Source: an uncultured Dictyoglomota bacterium
GTDB taxonomy: Bacteria > Dictyoglomota > Dictyoglomia > Dictyoglomales > Dictyoglomaceae
Direction of reading: 5' to 3'
Assembly (NCBI GenBank): GCA_964654465.1
Contig: CAZZIO010000065.1
Coordinates: 64,001-128,000, forward strand
DNA length: 64,000 nt
The notes beneath the pieces were generated by a model that ran no database searches, was not told the origin of the DNA, and saw nothing but the letters and a program-made list of their open reading frames with translations. Shown here piece by piece: positions 1 through 9,815 of this stretch. The position numbers and the translations under genes are program-made. Each line of letters begins with the position of its first letter. Position 1 is the stretch's first letter.

Positions 1-269
1 AACATTTTTTTCTCATATATTTTTACATCTTTAACTGTTACCCATGCAAATGGTTGATTCTTTATTCTTATAAAGGCTTTCTCACCTGGTTTAATTACAG
101 ATTTATCATTAAGAGGTAAATTTCTAACAATCATGTCAATTTCTATATCCTTTTCCTCCCCCTTCACTCTTGCAAGAGGAGTCCTACCTTCTTTCACTAA
201 AAAAAAGCCTAATATGGCTAAAAATATGACCAAAACCACAAAAAGATCAAAAATATTTATTCTCTTCAT
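1..269 (-). CDS. DUF4330-like membrane-anchored protein, runs off the window start
   Basis: Manual translation MKRINIFDLFVVLVIFLAILGFFLVKEGR... is open to the window edge; GGAGAGG SD upstream; the N-terminal 'INIFD' plus TM pattern is typical of DUF4330. Confidence 0.6.
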   Translation of the reverse strand, partial: MKRINIFDLFVVLVIFLAILGFFLVKEGRTPLARVKGEEKDIEIDMIVRNLPLNDKSVIKPGEKAFIRIKNQPFAWVTVKDVKIYEKKM

Positions 270-356
270 AATTTCTACCTCTCCATCTACATAAGTTTAT
301 AACTAAAAGATTATACATCACAAATAAAAAAAAGAAAAAGATCTTTAAAAAATTCT

Positions 357-389
357 TAACACATGCTATAATTTCACTAACACGAGTTA
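357..389 (+). promoter_or_regulatory. malE promoter (extended -10 TGcTATAAT, 364-372) flanked by two TAACACGTGTTA-like operator sites (357-368, 378-389)
   Basis: TAACACATGCTA and TAACACGAGTTA match the palindrome at 34105-34116 at 10/12 and 11/12 positions. Confidence 0.65.
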
Positions 390-472
390 AGTAGGGAGGT
401 GAAAGACTTTAAAAGACAAACCTTCTATAATTTATGGATTTTAAAAAACATATTTTAAGGGGGTATTAAAAA

Positions 473-1666
473 ATGAAGAAGCTTCTAATTTTAAGCTTGA
501 TTCTTTTATTAGTTTTCACCTTATCTAAAGGAGCAGTTCCTGGCAAAATAACTATCTGGACGTCAGAAGCACAAGTTAAAGGATTAAGAGAAGCTGTTAA
601 ACCTTTTGTACAAAAATATGGTATCCAGGTAGAAGTAAATGAGGTAAGTTTTGGAGATATTAAACCCAAATTCATAACTGCTGCACCTACAGGAGAGGGT
701 CCAGACATCATTGTTGGGGCTCATGATTGGGTTGGAGAATTAGTAGTAAATGGCCTTCTTCTTCCAATAGATTTCTTACCACAAAAAGTACTCGATGAAT
801 TTACACCTGTCACTTTAAAAGCCATGTCCTATAGGGGAAAATTATATGGAATCCCCTACTCCATGGAAGCAGTAGCCTTAATTTATAATAAAGATTTAGT
901 TCCAAATCCTCCAACTACCTATGAATCCTTAGTTAGGGTGTCTAAAAGTTTAACAAAAGGTGGAATTTATGGATTCCTATATGACTATAATAACTTCTAT
1001 TTTAGTTTTCCTTTCTTCTCAGCTCTTGGAGGATATGTCTTTAAAGAAACTCCAAATGGATTAGATCCATTGGACATAGGACTTGCAAATGAAGGAGCAA
1101 TTAAAGGAATCGAAAAATTAGTCAATCTCTTTAAAGAGGGCATCTTAAAACAAGGAGTAGATTACCAAACAACTACCAGTTTATTCTCAGAAGGTAAATT
1201 AGGAATGATGATAAATGGTCCATGGGAAATAGATAATATCAAAAAAGCAAAAATAAACTATGGGGTAGCCAAATTACCTAAGATTGATGGAAAACCAATG
1301 AGGCCTTTTGTAGGAGTTCAAGGCTTTATGTTAAATTCCAGATCACCCAATCTAGCTATATTAAAAACCTTTGCAATTGAAGTATTAGCCTCTAAAGAAT
1401 TAGAATTAAAACTCTTTGAGACAGATCCCAGAATATTGGCAAGGAAAGACGCTTATAGAGTAGTATCATCAAATCCAGACATAAAAGCCTTTGGAGCAAG
1501 TGCTGCTGATGGAATTCCTATGCCTAATATACCAGAAATGGGGCCTGTATGGAGCTACATGGGTGACGCCCTCACTTTGATAACCTCAGGCAAAAAAGCT
1601 CCTGATGTTGCCTTAAAAGAGGCAGTTGCACAGATAAAAGATGCCATACAAAAAGCAAGAAAGTAA
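473..1666 (+). CDS. malE: Maltose/maltodextrin ABC transporter substrate-binding protein
   Basis: Signal peptide; GPDIIVGAHDW, ALIYNKDL, INGPW, PFVGVQ and PMPNIPEMGPVW motifs of MalE. Confidence 0.9.
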   Translation: MKKLLILSLILLLVFTLSKGAVPGKITIWTSEAQVKGLREAVKPFVQKYGIQVEVNEVSFGDIKPKFITAAPTGEGPDIIVGAHDWVGELVVNGLLLPIDFLPQKVLDEFTPVTLKAMSYRGKLYGIPYSMEAVALIYNKDLVPNPPTTYESLVRVSKSLTKGGIYGFLYDYNNFYFSFPFFSALGGYVFKETPNGLDPLDIGLANEGAIKGIEKLVNLFKEGILKQGVDYQTTTSLFSEGKLGMMINGPWEIDNIKKAKINYGVAKLPKIDGKPMRPFVGVQGFMLNSRSPNLAILKTFAIEVLASKELELKLFETDPRILARKDAYRVVSSNPDIKAFGASAADGIPMPNIPEMGPVWSYMGDALTLITSGKKAPDVALKEAVAQIKDAIQKARK

Positions 1667-1676
1667 TAATACACCA

Positions 1677-1705
1677 AAGGAGGGAGAAATATTTTCTCCC
1701 TCCTT
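1677..1705 (+). terminator. Intergenic hairpin after malE (partial terminator or mRNA stabiliser)
   Basis: AAGGAGGGAGAAA-TAT-TTTCTCCCTCCTT, perfect 13-bp stem. Confidence 0.75.
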
Positions 1706-1726
1706 CTTTACAGGAGGTAACTCGAA

Positions 1727-3241
1727 ATGAATCTTTATAAGACAATCTTTCATATTTTATACTCTATAGTAATAGCTGTAATAGGGATATTTTTTAGTTA
1801 TATTATAGGAAATGTAGCAGGACTTATATGGGGTTTAATCTTTTTCATGGTTACTTTCTTCTTTTCTTTATTTGTTTTACATCCTAAAACCTATCCATGG
1901 AGATATATAGTACCTGCCTTTCTTTTAATGTTCATATTTATGATTTATCCAATTATTTATACCATCCAAATAGCTTTTACAAATTATGGTACTGGACACA
2001 TACTCACTAAATCTCAAGTGATTGAACAATTAGAAAAGGAAACTTATTTACCTGAAAATACTCAAAAATATGAATACGCTGTTTATGAAAGTGATAACAA
2101 GATTAAAATCTTATTGAAAGATTCCATGGGTAATATATATAAAATTGAAAACAAAAAATTGATATTGATTTCAAAAGATAACTTTCCTTCTGAATATGAA
2201 GAATATAAATTAATCTCCCAAGAGAAAAAATTCTCTAAAATTCCCTTACTACAAAATCTTAAATTTGAACTGGAAGATGACTCCTTTCTTCAACTTTCAG
2301 ACCTTAATCATTTCTCGTTATATAAACAAAGATATGTTTATATTCCAGAGGAAGATGTAATAATAGATAAACTCACTAATGAAAAATTATTTCCAAAGGA
2401 TGGATTCTTTACAAGACCAAATGGTGAAAAGATAATTCCTGGATTTGTTGAGTTTGTAGGTACAGAAAATTTTGTAAGATTAATAAAGGATGATAGAGTA
2501 TCTAAGCCCTTCCTTAGAGTGTTTCTATGGACCATTTTTTGGGCAGCAGGAACAACTCTCTTAAACTTTACAGTAGGATTATTTTTAGCATTACTTATGA
2601 ATGATAAAAATTTAAAATTTAAAGGTATTTATAGAACACTACTTATAGTCCCTTGGGCTATCCCTGCATTTATATCTCTACTTATATGGGTAGGATTACT
2701 TAATACAGAAGTAGGAGTAGTGAATAGAATCTTGTTTTCCCTTTTTGGAGTTAAGATACCATGGTTCTTAGAAACTACATGGGCAAGAGTAGCATTGTTT
2801 GTGGTAAATTTATGGCTTGGATATCCATATGCTATGACAGTTTGCTTAGGTGCTTTACAAAGTATCCCAGAGGAGCTCTATGAAGCAGCAAAAGTTGATG
2901 GAGCAAGCTATTTTCAACAATTAAGAAGTATAACATTACCTCTTCTCCTAACAGCTATTGGTCCTCTTTTAGTTGGAACTTTTGCTTTTAATTTTAACAA
3001 TTTTAACGTAATATATTTACTTACATCAGGTAAACCTCCTATGTCTGATATCTCCACAGTAGCTGGTACCACTGACATCCTAATTTCTTATACATATAAA
3101 CTTGCCTTTGAAGGTGGTAGAGGTCAAGACTATGGTTTAGCAGCCACTATATCAATTATCGTATTTATCATAATAGCTTTAATAAGTATATTTAACTTTT
3201 GGATTTCTGGTATGTTTAAACGTGAGGTGAGATACGAATGA
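1727..3241 (+). CDS. malF: Maltose ABC transporter permease MalF
   Basis: Large periplasmic P2 loop; IAFTNY, EAAKVDGA and FAFNFNNF motifs. Confidence 0.9.
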   Translation: MNLYKTIFHILYSIVIAVIGIFFSYIIGNVAGLIWGLIFFMVTFFFSLFVLHPKTYPWRYIVPAFLLMFIFMIYPIIYTIQIAFTNYGTGHILTKSQVIEQLEKETYLPENTQKYEYAVYESDNKIKILLKDSMGNIYKIENKKLILISKDNFPSEYEEYKLISQEKKFSKIPLLQNLKFELEDDSFLQLSDLNHFSLYKQRYVYIPEEDVIIDKLTNEKLFPKDGFFTRPNGEKIIPGFVEFVGTENFVRLIKDDRVSKPFLRVFLWTIFWAAGTTLLNFTVGLFLALLMNDKNLKFKGIYRTLLIVPWAIPAFISLLIWVGLLNTEVGVVNRILFSLFGVKIPWFLETTWARVALFVVNLWLGYPYAMTVCLGALQSIPEELYEAAKVDGASYFQQLRSITLPLLLTAIGPLLVGTFAFNFNNFNVIYLLTSGKPPMSDISTVAGTTDILISYTYKLAFEGGRGQDYGLAATISIIVFIIIALISIFNFWISGMFKREVRYE

Positions 3242-4083
3242 GAAAAAACAAAATCATACTCCAAATTCCCAAGCATATAATCATTTGGATATTTTTAGTA
3301 TTCACTTTCTTTCCAGTAGCTTGGACTATCTCTGCATCCATTAGGGCTGGAGGTAGCTTGGTAGGGCAAAAACTTATCCCCGATAATATTACTATAGAAC
3401 ATTATTCCAACCTAAAAGATATTGGCTTTTTTAATTGGATAAAAAATTCCCTTATAGTATCTATAACTACAGCTATACTTACAGTATTTTTTGTTTCCCT
3501 TGCTGCCTATGCTTTTTCAAAATTTGAGTTTTGGGGTAAAAAATATTCTCTTCTCACCTTATTAATACTTCAAATGTTTCCTGCTATTATGGGAATGGTT
3601 GCTGTCTACTTGCTACTTTATCATTTAGGGAAATATCTACCATTTTTAGGTCTTAATACTCTCTCTGGATTGATAATGATATATTTAGGTGGAGGAATAC
3701 CATATAATATATGGCTTATGAAAGGATTTTTTGATAGTATTCCAGATTCTCTTGAAGAATCTGCATTAATAGATGGTGCCACAAGATTTCAAGCCTATTA
3801 CAAGATAATTTTACCTCTTTCTACACCTATTTTGTCAGTTGTAGCTATAACCTCCTTTATTGGAACATATTCTGATTTCCTTTTAGCAAGTATTGTATTA
3901 AAGGATCCATCCAAATATACTTTTGCTGTTGGCTTAAGAAATTTTATATCAGGAATGTATGATGTAAGATGGGGGGATTTTGCTGCAGCATCGATAGTTG
4001 GAGCATTACCTATTGTCATTATGTTTTTAGCTCTTCAAAACTTGATTGTATCTGGTTTAACTCGTGGGGCTGTTAAGGAGTAA
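3238..4083 (+). CDS. malG: Maltose ABC transporter permease MalG
   Basis: LQMFP and EESALIDGA EAA loop; overlaps the malF stop (ATGA). Confidence 0.9.
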   Translation: MRKNKIILQIPKHIIIWIFLVFTFFPVAWTISASIRAGGSLVGQKLIPDNITIEHYSNLKDIGFFNWIKNSLIVSITTAILTVFFVSLAAYAFSKFEFWGKKYSLLTLLILQMFPAIMGMVAVYLLLYHLGKYLPFLGLNTLSGLIMIYLGGGIPYNIWLMKGFFDSIPDSLEESALIDGATRFQAYYKIILPLSTPILSVVAITSFIGTYSDFLLASIVLKDPSKYTFAVGLRNFISGMYDVRWGDFAAASIVGALPIVIMFLALQNLIVSGLTRGAVKE

Positions 4084-4105
4084 GGTAGGTTTACCTACCT
4101 TACTC
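4078..4105 (+). terminator. Hairpin after malG
   Basis: GAGTAAGGTAGGT-TT-ACCTACCTTACTC inverted repeat. Confidence 0.6.
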
Positions 4106-4154
4106 TCCCAAGTAATGATATAATAAACAGAAAACAAATTTCTTGGGGGTGTAT

Positions 4155-4652
4155 ATGAAAAAAGCTATAATAATTTTAGTCTTATTTATTATCCCTCTTT
4201 TCTCAATAATAATAGCTGAAGATATATCCTTAACCATACAAGGAAAAGAAGTAAAAGGAGAAAATATAGATGGATTAATCTTTTATATATCCAAAATTGA
4301 CAAATTAGAAGCTTTACCTTTTGATTCTTCTAATATAAAGCCAGAGAAAAACCATGTCTTTTATATCTTTGAAATATATGTGCTAAACAAAACAAATAAA
4401 GAATTATTAATAAAACACGATAATTTTCGTCTTATAAATGATGATGGAATTAAAATTCCTATTAGTACATTAGGAGCTATTTATTATGGTTTAAGGGGGC
4501 AAGAAGTATTTTTCATGAGGTATATAAAACCTAACGAGATGAAATCTGGTCTCCTCATATTTGAATTAAATAAAAACAATACACCTTATAAGTTAAAAAT
4601 CTTAGACATTCCTAATAAGGGAAAAAACTATACTATCTCCTTGAAGATTTAG
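4155..4652 (+). CDS. Secreted DUF4352-like Ig-fold protein
   Basis: ATG at 4155 after a GGGGG SD; signal peptide; 'FRLINDDG' and 'IKPNEMKSGLLIFE' patterns. Confidence 0.6.
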   Translation: MKKAIIILVLFIIPLFSIIIAEDISLTIQGKEVKGENIDGLIFYISKIDKLEALPFDSSNIKPEKNHVFYIFEIYVLNKTNKELLIKHDNFRLINDDGIKIPISTLGAIYYGLRGQEVFFMRYIKPNEMKSGLLIFELNKNNTPYKLKILDIPNKGKNYTISLKI

Positions 4653-5864
4653 CTCTATATAAGTCAGGTACGAACTTTTAGTATCTATTAAAATCTTTCC
4701 CATATCTCTAAAGGGAAGAAGATCTTGGAGGCTACCTTCAGGCAATATAAAATCAAAGCCATCCAATATATCTTTATGCTTAAAAATATCTAAAATCATA
4801 TTTATAATCCTTTTATCTTCTACCTTTATAACTCCATATTTATACTTTAAGGCAAACTGCAAATCTTTCATTTCTTTTCCACAGTATATGCATTTAAACT
4901 TATAGTTATCTAAAATTACTTGATATGAAGCCTTTCCACAGAAAAAACATATAACTCTACCCTCTTCGTCTATCATATTTATAAAAGATGGTTTCTCTTT
5001 AATTTTCTTTTCACCAAATGACCTTCTCAAAAACCAGAAATCTTGTTTTTTATACTGCAAAAACCTATCTCTTACATAAATATCAGACAAATTTCCTTTT
5101 ATAACTTCTTCTTCAAGTTTATATACTTCTGAGATCTTCTTCAAAAATTTTTCTCTATATGCTTTGGCAATTAAGGAAGCTACTCTCACTTCTATAAACT
5201 TATTTTCTGAATCAGAAATAGTAATAACTTCAGCCCCCTTTTCTTTAACATGCTGTAAATATTTATTAAGAATATTACCTATACCATAATCATCAATTAC
5301 AATCCTTAAGTCTTCAAAAGGTACATTATAAATAAGATTTTTCAATAGTTTCTCATATCCCAGATCCATCAACATATTTATATTAAATCTATCTATTTCC
5401 CTTGGCATTATAAGATCAATCTTATATTTTAGATCTTCTATTGAATTCAGAGAAAAAAGCAATTTTTCCCAATATTCATAATTATGTTTTTTCTTGGTAT
5501 CAGAAGTACTAAATTCTAAAGAAATATTTTTCAGAATTTCCTTAGGTACCATTACTCCTGCAAGTACAAGTGGCCCAAAAGGCTCCCCTTTTCCCGTCTC
5601 ATCAAATCCCAACAAATAATTCTTTAAATTATCACTTTCACTCTTTATTATGGAATCTATTAATTCCCAAATTCTCCATATCTCATTAGAAGGAGTGCTG
5701 TAAAGCTTATTAGATGAATAGTATATAAATATACTATTTCCTAATCTTATCCTCCAAATCTCATAAATACTTTTAGGATTTTCCTCTATTCCCCCTCTTT
5801 TTATGAGCTCTTCCTTTATTTTTTCTGCCTTTTCTCTGGTTACAACCCATGTACTTCCATACAC
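4602..5864 (-). CDS. RNase HII/HIII-family protein with N-terminal extension and C-terminal CxxC..CxxC domain
   Basis: GFDETGKGEPFGPLV, SDTKK, IDD and VASLIAK motifs. Confidence 0.75.
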   Translation of the reverse strand: MYGSTWVVTREKAEKIKEELIKRGGIEENPKSIYEIWRIRLGNSIFIYYSSNKLYSTPSNEIWRIWELIDSIIKSESDNLKNYLLGFDETGKGEPFGPLVLAGVMVPKEILKNISLEFSTSDTKKKHNYEYWEKLLFSLNSIEDLKYKIDLIMPREIDRFNINMLMDLGYEKLLKNLIYNVPFEDLRIVIDDYGIGNILNKYLQHVKEKGAEVITISDSENKFIEVRVASLIAKAYREKFLKKISEVYKLEEEVIKGNLSDIYVRDRFLQYKKQDFWFLRRSFGEKKIKEKPSFINMIDEEGRVICFFCGKASYQVILDNYKFKCIYCGKEMKDLQFALKYKYGVIKVEDKRIINMILDIFKHKDILDGFDFILPEGSLQDLLPFRDMGKILIDTKSSYLTYIELNLQGDSIVFSLIRNV

Positions 5865-5866
5865 CT

Positions 5867-6412
5867 TTAATCTTCCTCTATTACAGGAATTCTCTTTATA
5901 TTAGGATCTGTAAATATATCATATTCATCAGAATTTCTTGTAGAAAATTCTGAAACAATAGCTCCTTCATCTCCTGCCTGAAACCAATGAGGGGTATTAG
6001 GATATAAAGTATATTGTTCACCAGGATTTAACTCAATCTCATGCCAAACTGTAAAATATCTTCTCTTATCTTCTGGAATAATAGCCTTTGGATTTCTTGT
6101 TGGTTCTCCAGGAACATAAAGATAAACCTTTCCCCATCTACATCTAAAAGTCTCTTCTTTACCTAAATCTCCATTAAATGGGGGATGTCTATGTTCGGGA
6201 CATGTTTGGCGAGGAAACAAAATAAGTTCTTTTGCACAAACCCTCTCAGTACTCACATATGTAAGTATTTGAAGTCCAAAAACAGACAACATTCCTAAAC
6301 CAAAATCAGCCACTTCAATCTTTCTCTTTTCTTCCTCCGTAATTACTATATGGGCTTTTTCCAAAAAAGAAATGGCTTTCTCTCTTGCCTTATCATATTC
6401 ACTTCTTTTCAT
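5867..6412 (-). CDS. D-lyxose/D-mannose isomerase (cupin)
   Basis: CAKEL, QTCPEHRHPP, GKEETFRCRWG, HWFQAG and VSEFST motifs. Confidence 0.85.
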   Translation of the reverse strand: MKRSEYDKAREKAISFLEKAHIVITEEEKRKIEVADFGLGMLSVFGLQILTYVSTERVCAKELILFPRQTCPEHRHPPFNGDLGKEETFRCRWGKVYLYVPGEPTRNPKAIIPEDKRRYFTVWHEIELNPGEQYTLYPNTPHWFQAGDEGAIVSEFSTRNSDEYDIFTDPNIKRIPVIEED

Positions 6413-6428
6413 AATCAACCTCCTGAAT

Positions 6429-7685
6429 CTATTTATTTAAACTCTTATAAAGTTTCTTAAACTCCTTAATAAGCTCAGATGTTATTCTGCCAAACCCATA
6501 TCTTACTTCAATATAAATATTTCTCATTCTTTTCAATGAATTATCATTAAAAAGATCAGAGGTCTTCTTATAGACATCGTAAGTAGTATCAGAATATCTA
6601 ATATCAGCCCCCATTTCTCTACTATCTAAAAGGTATTTCCTGTAGTATTCTCTAATAGGATTAAGATTATCCCTACCAAAAAGATTTTGAAGCATCTTTA
6701 TTGGATTCAAAGAGGGGAATATAAATTCTTTTTCTTCTATATAGTTTTCTTCTTTTTTATACGTTCTATAAAATCTCTTCATTACCCAATATATAATTAA
6801 AATTAGTGTTACCGTTACAAAGATATAAAATGACACAATTATAATCTTATCTAATAAATCGGAAGTTATATGTCTCCTCTCCCAAAGGAATTTGAGGAAT
6901 TTATTTATCTCGGGATTCATATTCATAATTTCTCTTGAAGATCTTCCAATTAATCCTCTGTTAGCCATAAAGGAGATAATAAAGTAAATTATTTTACCTA
7001 TCACATATCCGATAATAATAAAGATAACTGAAATTAAAGTTATAAAAATGAAATAAATAAAAGAGAAAACATAACTTGCTACCCAAAACAATTTATCTCT
7101 CACAAAAGGTATACTCAAAAGCATAGAGAAAACAAGAATAGCCAAGGCATATCTAATATTTAAGGACATAAGATTTTTATCTTCCGGTTTATGCTCTAAA
7201 TATCTTAAAGTTCTTAGCAGAATTATGCTTGATATAAAATACATCAACAAGGATGATGATACTACACTTTCTAAAATAATAAACTTAATAGTACTTATAT
7301 ATCTCATAGCGAAAGTTGTAAGAAATAATAATAAAGCTAAGGGATAGGTTTTATTAAAATGCTCTAAAACTGAGCCATACGTAACATCCCTTTGGGTATA
7401 AAGAAGAAATAAAGTTAATCCTCCTAAAATTAACAAAAACAATTTCTCATATATGAAAATTGGGACAAACAAAAGCAGTAGGAAAGGGAGAAAGATAAGT
7501 TTTTTAAATCTCCTCTTAATAATAACTCCACAAAGTAAAACAAAAACTAAGGAAAGATATGAAATATAATATATCTTAAGGTTGTAAAGCAGAATAATAG
7601 CTGTACCTATCAAAGAAAAAAGAAAAGAAATTCTTGCTAATAAATCAAGAAATATAAGCCACATTTTTATCCTTTTTAACCTCAT
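6429..7685 (-). CDS. Polytopic membrane protein with DUF4129-like C-terminus
   Basis: Many hydrophobic helices; 'YIEVRYG' tail; sits in a MoxR-DUF58 operon. Confidence 0.6.
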   Translation of the reverse strand: MRLKRIKMWLIFLDLLARISFLFSLIGTAIILLYNLKIYYISYLSLVFVLLCGVIIKRRFKKLIFLPFLLLLFVPIFIYEKLFLLILGGLTLFLLYTQRDVTYGSVLEHFNKTYPLALLLFLTTFAMRYISTIKFIILESVVSSSLLMYFISSIILLRTLRYLEHKPEDKNLMSLNIRYALAILVFSMLLSIPFVRDKLFWVASYVFSFIYFIFITLISVIFIIIGYVIGKIIYFIISFMANRGLIGRSSREIMNMNPEINKFLKFLWERRHITSDLLDKIIIVSFYIFVTVTLILIIYWVMKRFYRTYKKEENYIEEKEFIFPSLNPIKMLQNLFGRDNLNPIREYYRKYLLDSREMGADIRYSDTTYDVYKKTSDLFNDNSLKRMRNIYIEVRYGFGRITSELIKEFKKLYKSLNK

Positions 7686-8784
7686 ATTTCAATATTCTTT
7701 CTGAAAGATAAGGAAAATTATCACTATTTATGGATATGACAATCACTTTTGTGAATTCTGTATCTAAAGAATTTATAATAGGAATATACTCTTTCAACAC
7801 ATAAGGAGTAATTATAACAAATGTAGAAATAAGTAAATTTCCTGTTCTAAAAAATCTCTTTATGGTCTCTTCAAAAGGTAAATTAACATTATAAGAAACC
7901 CTTCCTAAATACTCTAACAGCAAATATAGATGAGCCTCTCCTATCCCAGGATATATAGTGTTTTCATCCCTTGAAAGTCCATAAATCAAGGAATTAGTAG
8001 AAAAGCCAAAAGGAATCTTCTTCTCGTTAAAAGCTTCAGCTACTCCTCTCGCTATAGATATACATTTCTCAATACCTTCTTCATCCATATTAAACCAATA
8101 GGGCTTTGAGCATTCTACATTAAGAAGAATCATAACATTGTTTTCAAAGGTAAAATCAAAATTTTTAACCAATAATTCTCCATGTTTTAAGGACAAAGGC
8201 CAATGAATTGTTTTAGAAGGTTCTCTACCAGTATATTCCTTTACTCCTATTATCATGGTTGGATCTTCAATAATCCATCTCTTAACCGATATATCTCCAT
8301 GATAATCTCCATAAGGTATTAAACCCTCTTCCATATCCATCTTCTTAGGTAACACAACAATATCTTGCATATAATTTAAAGATTTAGTCTTAACCTTAAG
8401 CCCAAAAAAATCTCCCCCTAAAATCTCCACATTACCAAAAATATATCTTCCTCTTTTATAACATGTAGCCAAATACTTTCTTCTTATCCTTTGAAAAGGT
8501 AGTATAAAAAAAGTCATAGTATGATATAGAAAATTCTTCGTTCTTATCTTATCAACTTTAAACTTATAATCTAATGTTCCTGGAAGTTCCTCCACTACTT
8601 GCAAGAAAGTAACCGGTATAATTTTTTTGTTTTCTATTACAATTTCAATGAAAAACTCTTCTCCTGGTTCTATTAATTTTTTTGAAAAATATCTATGAAA
8701 GCTGAGACCTTCTAAAACATAATATTTAGAAAGCTCATTTATTATTAACCCTATAAGAATGACAAAAAATAAAATATAAATCAA
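7645..8784 (-). CDS. DUF58 (vWA-like) protein
   Basis: KRGRY, VKEYTGREPSKTIHW and LLVKNFD motifs. Confidence 0.85.
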   Translation of the reverse strand: MIYILFFVILIGLIINELSKYYVLEGLSFHRYFSKKLIEPGEEFFIEIVIENKKIIPVTFLQVVEELPGTLDYKFKVDKIRTKNFLYHTMTFFILPFQRIRRKYLATCYKRGRYIFGNVEILGGDFFGLKVKTKSLNYMQDIVVLPKKMDMEEGLIPYGDYHGDISVKRWIIEDPTMIIGVKEYTGREPSKTIHWPLSLKHGELLVKNFDFTFENNVMILLNVECSKPYWFNMDEEGIEKCISIARGVAEAFNEKKIPFGFSTNSLIYGLSRDENTIYPGIGEAHLYLLLEYLGRVSYNVNLPFEETIKRFFRTGNLLISTFVIITPYVLKEYIPIINSLDTEFTKVIVISINSDNFPYLSERILKYEVKKDKNVAYIS

Positions 8785-8786
8785 GG

Positions 8787-9731
8787 TTAAATCTCCTCTA
8801 CAGGTACTTTTATAGTTTCTAATAAGTTATTTATTACCTCATATATGTCTTTACTCTTCGAAGCCCCAATAGTGATTATACGGTGATTGAGAATGAAAGG
8901 AGCCAAATATTTTATATCCTCAGGAATAATATAATCCCTTCCATTAAATAATGCAAAAACCTGACTTGCTTTAAACAAAGCTACGCTTCCTCTTGGACTT
9001 ACTCCAAGAAGTATAGATTCTGATTTTCTTGTTGAATCTATAATATCTAAGAGATAATCCATAACTTCTTTTGAAACCCTAACATTAATAAAATTCTCTC
9101 TTAAATAATTTATCTCATCAGTATCTACCACAGTTTCTATATCCTCAAGCATATCCCTTTTCTTGTTTCTATTTATTATCTCTATTTCTTCTTCTCTATT
9201 GGGATATCCTATCTTTATTCTCATAAAAAATCTATCTAATTCAGCTTCTGGTAGAGGGAAAGTACCATAAGTTTCAACTGGATTTTGGGTTGCAAGAACC
9301 ATAAAAGGATCAGGAAGTCTTCTTGTGACACCATCAACCGTTACTTGTTTTTCCTCCATAGCTTCTAATAAGCTTGATTGAGTCCTTGGAGTTGCCCTAT
9401 TAATCTCATCAGCTAAGATTATATTGGCAAATAATGGACCCGGTCTAAATTCAAATTCTCCCTTTTTTTGATTATAAAAATTTATACCTGTAAGATCTGA
9501 CGGTAAAAGATCAGGAGTAAATTGTATTCTTTTAAAGCTTCCTCCTATTGTCTTCGCAAAAGCTTTAACCATTAGAGTTTTACCAAGGCCGGGAACATCT
9601 TCTATCAACACATGTCCCCCACAAATAAATGCAACCGCTATTAGCTCTATTATTTTCTCTTTGCCAACAATAACCCTTGAAACGTTTTTCACCACTTTTT
9701 CTTTAAAATCTATGTATTTTTTTATATCCAT
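8787..9731 (-). CDS. moxR: MoxR-family AAA+ ATPase
   Basis: DVPGLGKT, RIQFTPDLLPSD, DEINRA and ATQNP motifs. Confidence 0.92.
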   Translation of the reverse strand: MDIKKYIDFKEKVVKNVSRVIVGKEKIIELIAVAFICGGHVLIEDVPGLGKTLMVKAFAKTIGGSFKRIQFTPDLLPSDLTGINFYNQKKGEFEFRPGPLFANIILADEINRATPRTQSSLLEAMEEKQVTVDGVTRRLPDPFMVLATQNPVETYGTFPLPEAELDRFFMRIKIGYPNREEEIEIINRNKKRDMLEDIETVVDTDEINYLRENFINVRVSKEVMDYLLDIIDSTRKSESILLGVSPRGSVALFKASQVFALFNGRDYIIPEDIKYLAPFILNHRIITIGASKSKDIYEVINNLLETIKVPVEEI

Positions 9732-9815
9732 TGAAATTATCCTCCCATTATTTAGGTTCTTTTACTTTTTATTTTATCACTCTTTTAATATTAGGAGAAT
9801 AAATTTTTTGAAGAA

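Noticed and set aside
4602-4652. 51-bp convergent overlap between the DUF4352-like gene and the RNase H gene as antisense regulation
   Set aside because: Short tail-to-tail overlaps are common in this compact AT-rich window and there is no further evidence
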